A stretch of DNA of 63,999 nt, the filler included, from Sphacelaria rigidula (lineage: Eukaryota), in the NCBI GenBank assembly GCA_964200075.2. It is 6 parts of 6 records of this genome, joined end to end, with 100 filler letters (N's around TTAATTAATTAA, not from the genome) between each part and the next. Parts side by side here need not be neighbours in the genome. Positions count along the whole stretch, not along the records: positions 1 to 10,585 come from CAXNAA020006240.1; positions 10,686 to 21,270 come from CAXNAA020006241.1; 4 more parts are not named here. One strand, written 5' to 3'. The translations under genes and the position numbers were made by a program. Below, piece by piece: positions 1 through 12,599 of this stretch. Numbering within the stretch: position 1 is the stretch's first letter; every line of letters begins with the position of its first letter. A model generated the notes under the pieces. The model saw only the letters and a program-made list of their open reading frames with translations. It did no database searches and had not been told where the DNA came from.

Positions 1-1417
1 TCGATCCCATCGCGCCTGTAAACCCCAGTTGATCATATTGACTCATCACTCGTTTGAGATCGTCACCCTCGGGCAGGAAAATCCACGTTGTATATAACTC
101 GTGGGCAAACTTTTCACAGAACTCGTGGAAAAAATGCTGCGAGAGCTGAACGCTCACCGAAGAACACTGTTCGTTGACGTCGAAGCAGTTGCCCCTCCCC
201 AGCACATGAAGCGCCCCCAGCACCTGCCGAGGAATCACGTCGGCGAACCAAAAACGCGTCAGACGGTGGAATAGACTGCGCGAAATATAAACAGGGTAGA
301 ACCGCCGCCTAATTCGGTGTCATGATTGGCGAGGGAAGGGGGCGGTGATCCCTTCTGATGGCAGAAGGTGGAGCAAGCACTGCAGAAGAGAGGAGAGTGT
401 TAAAAAAAAAAAAACGATCGAGGTGCTTAATGCGTGATTCACAGAGCGTTGATGGAGTGCACGCGACAGACTTTTGTACTTGCGATGCAAAGGCATGCTA
501 CTATAGAACAGCAGCTTCGACCGTTTACTGCCCCTTTATTTTTAGTGTAGTTCAGTACAGTCAAGTCGGCATATCAATACACTCTCGAGAACAGTCACCC
601 GAGCGGCCTGTAGTCAAATGCAGCAAGACTCTACTGCAGTACAGTACAGCAATATTCCACTACGAGTACGGTACAGTAGTATTATATATGCTGGCTGTTC
701 AGTGTTTTGCCGTCTCACGCTGTAATGGTAGTGCTACTGTAGCTCGATGCAGAACGCACGGCGAGTTGGATGGGTTCAGTATTGCTCACAACAAAGAGAT
801 GACAAAAGATCACGGCGCACCTTGAGGCGGAGAGGGGTGGATCGCCGACCTGAGGCGTCCTTCTTGCCCGATGTGAACCACGGCTCCTTACCGGTTTCGC
901 CCTCAACCACCTTCATGAGCTCGACAAATGCAGGGTAGGGAATGCGAAACCGGTTCTGGAATTTTCGGGCTACTCTCGACTCCGGCTCAAGCAGTGCATC
1001 CGTGTCCGCAAGCATTCTTCCCCATGATGTGTCATCATAATCCGGCCTCTCGTACGCGGCCCGGCGTGCTGGCGCTTTTGGGCCGCCGTCGCTGTCGTCG
1101 GTATCATCACCTGCCAGATGTTCTTTGCCTTCAGACTCCATCTCGTCGACCAGTTCCTCGCCGACCGCCAATATCATTGTGTTCAAGTTGGTCACCGCGG
1201 CGACGGCCGCAGCCATGAGTACATCGTCATCAGAAGAGTCGGAGTCGGTGACCTCCATCACTCTATAGCGCTGACAACTGGAGTTTGTGCGAAGTACCGG
1301 CTGCACAGACGGGATGGTGCTGGTGGTGTCGACAGGAGGCGTTTTCTGCGATGGAGATTTATATCTGGGAGTTTTTCTCAGACAAAAATGTGTACATTTC
1401 TGTCTGGGATCGGCCAA
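1..1417 (-). mobile_element. PIF/Harbinger-like DDE transposase, spliced, truncated by window start
   Basis: Exon 1417..821 (…ARKFQNRFRIPYPAFVELM…KDASGRRSTPLRLK) joins through a GT(820)..AG(224) intron to exon 223..1 (VLGALHVLGRGNCFD…FFHEFCEKFA…YDQLGFTGAMGS). This fits the Harbinger/HARBI1 pattern F..FR(M/I), the helix-turn-helix region and GF.GA.GS just before the first catalytic D. The true start codon is uncertain. Confidence 0.8.
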
Positions 1418-1698
1418 CTTTTTGGCTCGGACAATAATTCGTGATTTTTATCGGCTGGTTTTTCTCCTATAAGAAGTGGTCAGACAAAAATCCTGGACCA
1501 AAAGTGGGAAAAAATATTTATTTTGGTGTTTTTTGTTCATTATAGGAAGCGGCCTGAGCCAGTGATTTTTTTTTTATGCCCTACTCATTATCCATACCAA
1601 ATTTCAGGGTCTGACTCCAAGTATTGGCCGTATAATGGGCCTGCAAACTGCAGAATCGCTTCTCGGCTGGCCCAGCTCGTAGGTGTTCTATTTTCGCA

Positions 1699-2330
1699 GC
1701 ATTGTCGATTTCTGGTGATTAGAGGGCATCACTCAACGTGCGTCATAGTACCTTAATCGTGAGGCATGAACACCAGATTTTAGGAGATTGCTGTCAAAAC
1801 GTATCTCGATAGATTAATAGAGCAGAAGAAGAAAAAAACGTTTTCGTCGAGTATGGCGTTTCCAAACACAGGATTAATGGCGAAATTTGTTCCGAAAACT
1901 AGGGGATAGGCCATTTTCATCCCCGGATTTTTTTTTTCAAAACGGACTGCACTAGTGTTATACACATTTTTATCAAAAGAGGAGGCCTGAAACGTCCCAA
2001 GTGTTCCATTTTCGTAGTCATTGTCGATTTTTGGTGAAAAATTTATGATTGGGGGGCACCACTCAACGTGCGTGATAGAGTACATTAATCATAAGCGATG
2101 AGCGCCAAATTTTGGGAGATTACTATCAAAACGTATTTTCATGGGTTGAAAAATAAAAAATATAAAACAGTAGTTTTCGTCGAGTACGGCGTCGCCAAAC
2201 ACCGACTTAATGGCGAAATCTGTTCCGAAAAACATGGGATAGGCGATTTTCATCCCCGGATTAAAACGTTATTTCCTTCTTTTTGTTTTGAAAACGAACC
2301 GCACTAATCTCATCAACATTTGTACCAAAG
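1699..2330. repeat. Two diverged ~320-bp direct repeats
   Basis: cattgtcgattt…cactcaacgtgcgt…gttttcgtcgagta…taatggcgaaat…tgttccgaaaa…ttttcatccccggatt occurs at ~1700-1980 and ~2019-2330. Confidence 0.8.
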
Positions 2331-2537
2331 GAGAAGGTCTGAGACATCTAAAGTCGCGAGAAATCAGCTGCTGCGTAAAGTGTCCCGTTATTGAAACAGA
2401 GGGTGTTTCGGCCGCGTTTTTACGTCTATAGAGCCGTATTCCACATCTACTCCTGCAACGTGGTTTGGTTATTTTTTAATTTTGAAAAGCTTGGGTTATA
2501 GAGGATTAAATTTTCTTTCTCCGGATACTCTGGTCCT

Positions 2538-2809
2538 TGTTATACGTGTCGTGGTTCCCACGAACCAGAGATTTTCCCGCCAGGTGCCTTAAGCGTACCT
2601 TAATTGGTACATTTACCTCTCGTACGCTGGGCAACAGCGGAAACAAAATACCAGAAACATGAAGCAGAAAAATTACACGTGGGGACCGTCCTTGTAAACG
2701 GGAGCGGTTATCGTGTGTACGAAGCAAGTAGGGTCAAAAGTTTCAGCCAAGAAGGTCAAAACATTTCAGACACTCGGCTTCGGTTACTATCGCCCATGTT
2801 AATATAAAA
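2538..2809 (-). repeat. Possible 3' LTR of the Gypsy element
   Basis: Bounded by tgttata (2538) and tataaaa (2809), an imperfect TG..CA inverted end, downstream of pol. The 5' LTR is outside the contig, so this cannot be confirmed. Confidence 0.25.
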
Positions 2810-3514
2810 CCCAACGTGGTACGTACACAAAAAAGAGACACGTCACGACCGATCCCGCAGAGGGAGGCGGTATGCGTGTACGGAGCGATTGGGCAAGGGC
2901 GCAATTATTCCAGACGGGGGGATAAGGTATATCTAGCGCTCGCTCCGGAAACGCTCGACCGAAAAGACGAACAAAAAAAGAGACACCTTCATAATACACA
3001 AAACAAGACAAAAGGTGCGTACAGGACGAAAGGAAAAAAAAACTCACGTCAACTGTTCCAGTATACGGAATGGTCGTGAATGTACGGCGCGAAGGACGGA
3101 GGTTCAAGCTTCGAGACCCGGGGTCAGGAATGGAACAGTCGTCATTTGATACTTTACCAGATGAACCCAGAAATAACCAAGAAAACTACGCATCGAACAC
3201 AACAAAATCGGAAACAAAACACGAGGTGAAAAGAGAAGAAAAGAAGAAGAAAAAAAAAGAGAAGAACAAATCAAATCCAAATGTCGCAAAGCCAAAAAAA
3301 CAAAACACAAAGTCAGGGTCCAAAGCAAAAAGCAAAAAAACACAAAAAAAATCATACAAAACACAAAAACAAAATACTAAATACAAAATACAACCACTAC
3401 AAGTACGGGGTTAATCAGTACGGAATAAAATGGAAGGAGCGTGGGGGGGGGGAATACATGGTTTTCCAACGACGCTACGGCGCAAGGCAAGCGACTCGAA
3501 CATGGTACACTACG

Positions 3515-4513
3515 TCAGGTGAATGGGAAAGCAGACTCGGATGCGGCATCATGAGTTTTTTCTGCATCCCAAGCGGTGTCCGTGTTGCGTAGAACGGCTG
3601 TGTCGAGATCGCCTTGGTCGTGTCGTTGGAGGCACCAGGATCCCCGGCGGGTGGTCGGCACCTCGGTGTAGTAGGCATCATCCAAGCGAATCTTAAGGGG
3701 GCTCGGGTCATCGAGGAAACGGATAAAGGAGAAGTCGTCAGATGCAGGACCGACCAAATGAATCTTACCTAACCACCACAATGAATTCAAGGCCTTATAC
3801 CAAAAGTACGCCCACTTCGGCAAGCGTTGTCCGTGAAAAGACTGCATGTATTGTGAACGCGAAAGAAGGCTATAGCCTGTTACAACAAACCGCGCTGAGT
3901 GCTCACGTGCCAGTTCCCGAGTAGCAGCTCCCTTGCGCATCGACCGATATCTCTTATTCGACGGGCGGTCTTGGACGGGATCTCCTACCCAGTACAGCAA
4001 TATTTCCCGACGAAAATGACGCAAAGCAACTTCACGCTCCCATGTAACACGCATGATACCCTTCCAATGTGTTAGATACATTACCGCTATCTTACCTCCA
4101 CCACCGCGAACCAGTTGATGCCCCGAAATCCTATCTACCTCAACGCGTTCCATGGGTGCGTCCGCATCCTCGACCGTCATATGATACGGCGGAGTTTTGA
4201 TCGCATAACTGGTCAACACATAATGGCTGAGCCCGAGCGGCAGTTGCATGGGCATAGCCGAGGAGTCATGGGGGGGGATACACGGTTTGCATCGAAGCAT
4301 CGAGACGCGATTTTTCGGTTTCGAATCAGGTTCATCCGTGGGAAAATCCAAATAAATAAGTTGCGCTCCCACCGGACTCTTGTCGGGTGCGGTAGCGCTT
4401 GGACCAACAGCTAAAATTTCCCAAGGACCTGTCCAATTCAAGGATAGTTTCGCCTCCAACACTTTGTCCAAAGAGGATGATTTTGAGCTAGCCCCTTGAT
4501 TGATGGTCTTCAC
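3515..4513 (-). pseudogene. Integrase C-terminus: GPY/F motif, chromodomain (~4144-3989) and extra aromatic beta-domain (~3823-3620)
   Basis: KLSLNWTGPWEIL; VEVDRISGHQ…YLTHWKG…TWERE.AL (chromo consensus VE.I..H…YLVKWKG…TWE); then WAYFWYKALNSLWWLGKI…FIRFLDD. Confidence 0.75.
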
Positions 4514-7500
4514 ATCATTTTATACCCATGCCCATTGGCCCACCTTCCACAGCGGGCGGTTACGTATTACATCATCCAACATCGAGTTCGCCCTGGCCAC
4601 CTTAGCCAAATTGTTTTGGTTCTGTTCTCGTACCACTTCATATGCAAGACGAAGACGGATGCTAACCGACAAATGATACTCTACAACATCACCATCCAGA
4701 CTCTGATGTCCGCCTGTATTTTCGCGTTCGAATACCGTAAAAGGTAACCTAGGCATGCCATGCGACCAATATAAATTTCATTCGGTGACAACCCCGTAGC
4801 GGCATTGACTTAATTATTACAGTTCATTTTGACAAGGGGCAGGTGCAGATCCCAGTCCATCTGTCTCTCATTTGCTACAGCAGCAAGCATCTGTGCAATC
4901 GTATGGTTCACTCGTTCCGTTCCACCGTTGGTGGAAAGGTGATATGAATTAGTAAAAATGCGATGGGCACCCAATAGGTCACTGACGACGGCTGAAAGTT
5001 TGTCTGAAAAATACGGACCGTTGTCAGACAGTAAGCGTTTGGGCACACCTCACTGTGGGGTGTACATGTATACAAGAATGTTGGCGGTACCTTTCACGTT
5101 ATAGCTACTGGAAGAGACAGCGTGCATCACCGCATGTTGACTAAATCTATCTGTAAACAATGAAATATACTTATTACCACTTTCCGTGAGGGACAAGGGA
5201 CCAAAATGGTCGCACGAAACTACTTCACCAGGCCCGTCCGGGAATGGCATGGAAACAATCGGCCAACGAACTGTTTGACGGGAAGTGTTTTGCGCCTGAC
5301 ACGAAAGACAACGCCTCATCCACCAACGTTCACTCTGATCCATACAAATCCACCAATAAAAACGTTCCAACATCTGGGAGGTCCTAATGGCGCCTCAATG
5401 AATCGATGCTTGCGAATAGCATTCGTGTAGAACCCATGGGCGCAGGAGCATCAGGACATAGATGCGGATGGGTTCATCGCCTAGCAAGCGGGCATGTCGA
5501 CTTGTAGGCTTCCCCCTGAGGAGGGCTGCTGTGGGCCGGCGAACTAGCAGAACTATACCATTATCATCCGTATGCAGCATACCTTTCCTCGAAAGTTCAG
5601 TAACTTCATCCTGTGTGAGGGCTTTGAGATTCCCGACGGGCAAAAGGAATTCGGTTCCTGAGAATGGACATGGGAAACCTTCAGATAGATGATGGATGGC
5701 TGATTTACGAGCAGGTTCTGCCTGTTGTTCCCGGGCCCAATCGGCGTGGGAGAAGAGAGTCAAACGCTCCTTGAATATGCCATCTGTTGAAGCGTCTACT
5801 TTGCGTCGGATCGGTTCGGGGCGGGGTTGACACGAAGCTATGATGTCGAAATCAAGGGTGAGCCTACCAGGTGGTGTATTCTCAGACGGAACGTTAACGT
5901 CTACTCCTGCGTCGATTAGCGTGGTGGGTGTTGTGGTGGCGTTTGCAATATCATCACCAAGGGAGGGGGGCACGGCCGTGGTTTCCGCTGTGGTTAGCAG
6001 GTGCGGCACGGTCGGCGTCGATTTTCTGGGGGCCTTGCGTCGTGGAGGTCGAGGAGGCGCAAGGAAACACTCGGGGACCGGGCTGGGGGCAGGGAGGAGA
6101 AGGTCAGGACCAGATACGGCTAATTTGGTGGCCGTTTCGGCGGTCCGCCGTCCACGAGTCCTACTCGAAATCAAATCTCGAACTTGAACTGGTAAGACGG
6201 AGTCAGCAAAGGACGGTTCTACACCTGTTGCGAAAACCATGCGCTGGCCAATTGCACGAAAATGATCATAGCCAACAGTATTCGTGGACAGTCCACTCCA
6301 AACTGAGTACAACGATTGAGGTTGCAAGCTGCCTAGAACTGATGCGTGGGCTGTGGTCGGTAGCCCACCCATGCCTAAAGCCGGCGTTTCTCTCAGTGAA
6401 AGTGTGTAGAGACCTTTATGTCCATTCCTACTGATGAAATGTACAATGCCTTCGGTGGGATTGGTGATACGCCCCATGGTGGATTCATCGATAGGTTGAG
6501 CCGGTGTTGGCAAGCGTGACAGAAAGTCGGCGTTTGCGTTTTGCGGGCCTGTGCGATATTTCAACTGGAAGTTGTAAGACGACAGGATTTCGAACCAGCG
6601 TTGGAGCCTAGCGTTGTGTTCCGCTATTTTGGCGAGGCTTTCCAAAGACTTATGATCCATGTAAATCACGAACGGGATGTCATACAAATACTAACGTAGA
6701 CGTCGCACGCCCCAAACAACTGCGCCGGCCTCTTGCTCCATGACAGACCAATTCTGTTCATTTGGAAACGTGGTGCCACTCAGATATACAATGGGGCGAC
6801 CAGTAGCATCGTCTTGCTCCTGCTCTAGTGTGCGGCCAAACCCAATTTTGGAAGAATCTATGTGGAGATGGGAAGGGCGGGAAGCTTGCTCCGCTGCCGA
6901 CCAGTCGGGGAAGACGAGAATCGGCGGGCGCGAAAGGGTGTCAAGAAGACGGCGGACGTTTTCTTCCATTTGCGATGTGAACACAAATTTCACCCCTTTT
7001 TGAGGAGGGTGGTGAGGGGTTTCAGCGTTTGGGCAAGGTTTGGCATGTACTGTCTGTAGTAGCTTAGACCTTCCAACAAGGAACGCAGTTGAGAAATGCC
7101 CCGTGGCATGGGCATATCGGCGAGTGCGGCGACCTTGTCGAGGTTTGGGCTACGACCTTCAGGGGTGATGCAATGACCCAAGAACTTAATCTTCGTGGCG
7201 CCGATGCGGGATTTGGAGGGGGCTAGTTTCAGTTCGTGTTGTTCAAGCCGATTAAACAATGATTCCAACTGTTCGCTGTGTTCGGCCGGTGTGCGGTCGT
7301 GGCACACCGCGTCATCAAGGTACATATGGCATTTGGGCAATCCATCAGTCACAGGGGGCATTACACGTTGAAACGCACCTGGAGCTCCGGCGGCACTTCA
7401 TGGTGTAAACAGCCACTCGTACAAACCTGATGGCGTGCAAAACGCCGTCAGTTCAATGGAATTTCGATCCATCACGAGTTGGTGGTAGCCGGACTGCATG

Positions 7501-10500
7501 TCAAAGTTCGAAAATATCCTACCCCCGCCAACAGAGTCAATAATTTCATCAATCCGTGGAAATGGCAGCCGGGCGATTTTGGTGACAGCGTTCAATCGTG
7601 GATAATTGACCGTCAGTCTGATTTTGCCATTCTTCTTACGGATGATCACTAAAGACGAGGCCCACGGAGACGTCGGGTGCCGAAGTAAACCGGCGGATAA
7701 GTAACCATCGAAAATTACCTGGATCCTATCCGCTAAGAGGGGGTTTGTACGGTACGGACGCATAGCGATAGGCGGAGTGCCATCAGGGATTTTCATCTTA
7801 AACGGTGTCGTGGCACATCGATCTAAATCTAGAGGCGCAGTAGAAAATCGTTCAGAATATCTACTCAAGACGGATCTCAATTTATCGAATACAGTGCGTG
7901 TCCATTCATCGCCGGATAGATCAAAAACAATATGCCGTAAATGAGGGGGGATGTCATCCCACAACTTTTGAAAACTGGCGCGTTGTTCTTGGGAAGATCT
8001 GTCCAGTAATGCAGTCGGGGGTTTAGGTTCACGTGCATCTGGTGGATTTGTCACCACCATGGGGTCAGGCATGTGTAGCGGAGGGGGGCCCGTGTATTTT
8101 GGGGGGTCGGTTGACAAGTTGGTTACCGCAGGGGGGCACACGTCTGACAGGGCAGTTCGTAGGAGAGGTGCTTGAGCATAACCCAACAACTGTCCGTTGA
8201 GTATATCGAAACATGCAGGAGACGTGAGGTAAATGGCCTGCCTACCTTCATGAACAAAGACTTCGGTCTGTTCAAACGGACCAACCTGTGCTTGGTCAGG
8301 TTTGAGCAATTCGACCAAATGATGTCCTGTGAGGGGTGGCGATCGATTGCGTCTCACGAGGTTCACATCGATAAGTTGGGGTTCACGAGAAAGCGAGACT
8401 ACAGGTTCACCAACATAGTACAGACGGAAAGGATTACCTGTTTGCATGGGGTCATCCTCGTAGGCATGAGCTCCCGAATCAGTATCGAAGTGACCCAGTG
8501 ACAGTTTGCCTGTGACTGGACGGTTCCGGACAGGTGTGTCCGACGTATACGTGTGTGTGGAAAAATGAAGCCAATTATCTCGACCCAACAAAACATCAAA
8601 AGACACGGAACTGTCGGGCACAGTTAGTGCCCATACGGATAACCGGCTAGTGGGAATAGTATCCTGGTAGAATTGTAGACTAAGTCTCACCGATTGATTA
8701 ACCGTAAGAGATGTGGAGGAACCAAACCCAGCAAAAACACGATGGCGAACGGTGGACAGACAATGCTCATCTGCCGCGCCCGCGTTGATCATCTGTTGCC
8801 AGTAGCTGGCTGTAATGAACATTTGAGGCGAACCTGAGTCTGGGAGTGTAAGAACTATTAAATGACAGTTTGCACGCGCTCCACTATGTAAACCTATCTT
8901 AGTCGTGAAAGAAGCATCATCCATAGTTGCAGTACCACTGACGAGATCGGGCCCGAATTCGGGTAAGACATCTGACACATCCCGCTTTGCATTTTGAACG
9001 AAGGTGCTAAACTACACCCGTTGATGTGGGACAAGCTTTTGGTCGGAAGGATGGTGCGTGCATGGAGTGTCAGTGTTTGTGCCTGAAATATTTGTCTCAT
9101 CAGTCGAGGGTTGAAGCTCATATACTGCAACGGAGGGGCGATGCCGGGAAAGGGCAGTTGTCGTGGTTGGACCCGACAACTGATTTGTGCGTGGTATTTC
9201 GCCCTTATTGGTCAACAGAGGAGGCGGATCGTCATTGTGCAAAGCGGGATCAATTATGTTATCCAGCTTGGTCAGAACTGGGGACGATTTATCGGGGCGC
9301 GGTGTTGAGTTTGATACGCCAATCAACTCAATACCGTCATTAGCTGGGGCCAACATGGGAGGTTTTGAAGACGATTCGTCAGGACGCGGGGTTGGTAGAG
9401 CTGTGCTGTTGAGCCCGGCGTCTATTATAGGGGCCAGCGTGGACGAGTTAGGAGACGAGTCGTCTTGCAATAACACTTTGTATGCCTGGTGACGAACACA
9501 CGATTGAGGTGTCTTCATGACTAGGATGCGAACGTCCATGAGTCGGCGAATTCTCTGTCCCTACAGACGGCGACGCTTCATCGAAAATGGATTCTAACGC
9601 AGTGCACGAGGGGTGGTCAAGGAGCAGTAACGCTCTGTTCGAAGTCTGGGGAGTACCGGCCTGTTCCACTCTGAGGTTTTCATCAGTCTGAGCCCACACG
9701 CAATCTCTTCCTTGAAGTTCACGTGCGCTTGCTACATCAGGATTATTTACATGATCATCTGGAGGAGCCCGCCTAGGGTGACGCGTATAGCGCACGAAAG
9801 AGTCGGCAGCTCCAGGAGCTATTAAAATGAGTTCTCGGACAGTCGAACCTAGGTCACGCTCTTGGCGCACCACCTGAGTCGCTGTCACTTGGGGTTCCAT
9901 TCCAAACCGCTGAGGGACGGAAAGCATGGGTTCCTTGCGGTTGCGACCCTTCGACTCATAATAACGCTCAACATGAAAAAGGGAACCGGGTACCATAGAG
10001 TGTGTGGAACTAGGTGGGGTGGTTAGCGGGGCACTCGAGCAGCTGGGGGGTGCTTGAGTGTGTGGCTTTTAATGTGGTATTCTCCGATGAACGGTCGAAG
10101 AGGCAGCGTCTACCGTGCCAGAAGATACTTCGGCTCCGGATACGTTAGAAACTGCACTACATGACTTCCTCTTCCCCGAAGAGAAGAGACTCGATTGAAT
10201 ATGATTTGTACCTGGTGGATGTAATACTGGGTGATCAAATTCAGGATGAAAACGTTGGGTTTGGTCACTGCTCAATTGATAGCCATGCAATGGTGCACAG
10301 GCTTCGACTGTTTGGGAACCCTTCAAGGCAGTGTCAGCATATCCAGGGAACCCACACGACATAGTTGAACCATCGGTGGCCGCCGGTGATTCACGTGTGT
10401 GATGTCTGTGACCTGGTCGACCGAAAGAAAATTGTTGGAAATAAAATCCCTCGATACTTCTGAGGTGAGTCAACGGTTATAGATTATTTCTAAGTGTGGA
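3515..10500 (-). mobile_element. Degenerate Ty3/Gypsy LTR retrotransposon (gag remnant-PR-RT-RH-IN-chromodomain)
   Basis: Protease LPDSGS…FDVLLGRD. RT PIAMRPYR, SPWASS, FDMQSGYHQ, TAFCTPSGLYEW, YLDD, IKFLGH. RNase H HIDSSKIGFG…EQEAGAVVWG…DHKSL…NADFLSR. Integrase FYWW…CLSCQ, CDHFGP, SDNG, NGGTERVNH, GPW. Domain order is Gypsy. Many stops and frameshifts. Confidence 0.95.
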
Positions 10501-10585
10501 ATTTTATCAACGAGTCATCCTACGATAGGGGGGGGGGTATTTTGGGCCATTTGTTGCTCGAAATTTCGAGTCAGATTGTCGTTGG

Positions 10586-10685
10586 NNNNNNNNNNNNNNN
10601 NNNNNNNNNNNNNNNNNNNNNNNNNNNNNTTAATTAATTAANNNNNNNNNNNNNNNNNNNNNNNNNNNNNNNNNNNNNNNNNNNN
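10586..10685. other. Artificial contig linker (also 21271-21370, 31955-32054, 42638-42737, 53321-53420)
   Basis: Identical 44N+TTAATTAATTAA+44N at five places; the 12-mer gives stops in all six frames. Confidence 0.98.
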
Positions 10686-11513
10686 TTTTTTTTTTTTTTT
10701 TTTTGGGGGTTGGGGGTGGCCGCCCGCCACCCCGCCCTTTTTTGGGGGGGGGGGGGGGGGGGGGGGCTATCGCAGCATCAGTCAAAGAAGATAATATATT
10801 ATGGATGAATACCCATTCCTGAAATAACAGTTAGTTGTCGATTTCGAAATGCCCCTTTTCAGGCCGTTAAACAAGGCATTATTGTACACTTCCTGTAGTA
10901 GTATATAATAGCTTGCTCCTGAAGCCTCTGGTACCCCCGAGTACGATCTCGTCGTGTAACTGCAAGTACGCGACAACATAGTTACAGGCAAAGAACACAG
11001 ATATAACACGAACAATTGGTCAAGTTAGAGCGTATCATCATAAAATTCATTCTCAATCAACGGACGCTAGACTCTGCGGCGGAGCCCCGTTGCGTATGTA
11101 CCGACATCCTTTCATGTGCAAATAAATCCTCACGCCGATTCCAAGACTCCGAAAAATTGCACGTACACATGACGCGTTTAATGTTTTTTTCGAAGAACGG
11201 TATTTCCTGTAATATTTCATTTCGCCGGTTATCGGGGGTCCCATATTCCTGGGGAGCTAGGCCAATCACATGCCCTTCTGGGACCCCGAACCTGGTGAAA
11301 TTTACTCCCCCCGAAATACACCATTCATTATTCGAAAGATATTTCTCCATGAAGCGCGTGGAGATGCGGTATTCTTATAAGTGGTGATGGAAAGTCGTAT
11401 CTTGAACTTTAGAGTTGATCAAAATCCGACTGGGTCACCCGCCTCTTCAGTCGCCAACGGCGGCGAGTACGATAGCCATGTGTGCGACTGTTGGGTTGGT
11501 ATTGTAAGGTAGA

Positions 11514-11740
11514 AGCGGTTGCCCCGGTGGTTCAGTTGGTAAGCGCGAAACCCTCTGACGGTTGGGTCGTGTATTCAAATCTCGGTGAAACGACGCATCC
11601 GGGACTTTTTCTCGCACCATATGCCCAACAGTGGAGAGCGACCATCTATGTCGTGGGTACACAAAATTCGACTTCACGGTCGACGAGAGGAAAAAGGGAC
11701 CGCTGATCCCCTCTCGCGATGAAAAATTGGCCGGAAACTC
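11514..11740 (+). mobile_element. tRNA-derived SINE family A, 3'-truncated copy
   Basis: gccccggtggttcagttggt (A box), gtattcaaatc (degenerate B box), and body caccat(at)gcccaacagtgga…gtcgtgggtacacaaaattcgact shared with other copies. Confidence 0.8.
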
Positions 11741-11857
11741 TCGGGGATAATTCTCGTTTGATTGAATTTCAGTAAGAAGACGCAAGTTATCCCTGAGTTT
11801 TTGGCTCAGACAATTGTTTTCTGAAACTCTCTAAAAATGACGCAAGAACCAATAATA

Positions 11858-12290
11858 ATAGTGGATTCTCGAAAGTGAGGTTGAAAACAAAAACGAGGTT
11901 CAAGCCCAAAGCCGTGCTTTCCTTGACCTAAATTCATGACAAATGATGACCTTCGTATGGATGACCCCATCCCTCCCGACCTGCCTAAAACTATTTTGGA
12001 GGATTTCTAGACTTCCGTTTCCCGAAAGGGTAGTATATATATGCAAAATCACGAGTTTTGGGCCAAAACGTGCTCTTCTCACCCCGAAATCGAGGCAAAA
12101 ATGTGCTTTCGCACATACCCTTCGAGGGAACGGGAAGGCTAGAAAATCCCCGGAAATAGTTTCAGGGAGGTCGGGAGGGATGAGGTCGTCCGCATGAATG
12201 TCATTCGTCATGAATTTAAGTCAGGCAAAACACGGCTTTTGAGTTGAACCTCATTTTTTTTTTAACCCCATTTTCGAGAATCCACAGTTA
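11858..12290. mobile_element. Fold-back MITE (core 11895-12252)
   Basis: Outer IR gtggattctcgaaa/tttcgagaatccac; inner long IR gaggttcaa…catgac…ccctcccgacc / ggtcgggaggg…gtcatg…ttgaacctc. A related core lies at 48767-49114. Confidence 0.8.
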
Positions 12291-12599
12291 ACCGCAGAAG
12301 GAGGATGGATCGAGACCTAAGCAAAGAAAACAAAAAAAACTGTGTTGGCCTTATCCTGAACACGGCTGATGCGCTCACCTGTACTGAAAGGTGTAAACTG
12401 GCGCACAGGATAGATGGGATGACGAGTAACTTTTGGACCAACATCGTCCACCAACCCGTATATGGTGAACCTCGAGTTTGAGATACCTCACTGGAGAGCC
12501 ATTACCATCGAGTAAAGAAAGGCAAGGAGGCTTATGTACACAATGCCTGAATTTCATTGGCCCGAAGCGGCTGCAATTGCATCATTTTTTCAACCATAG

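Noticed and set aside
3070..3414. Lys-rich protein
   Set aside because: It is an A-rich low-complexity tract in the Gypsy 3' region.
10630..10641. Biological TTAATTAATTAA motif
   Set aside because: It is an assembly linker embedded in Ns.
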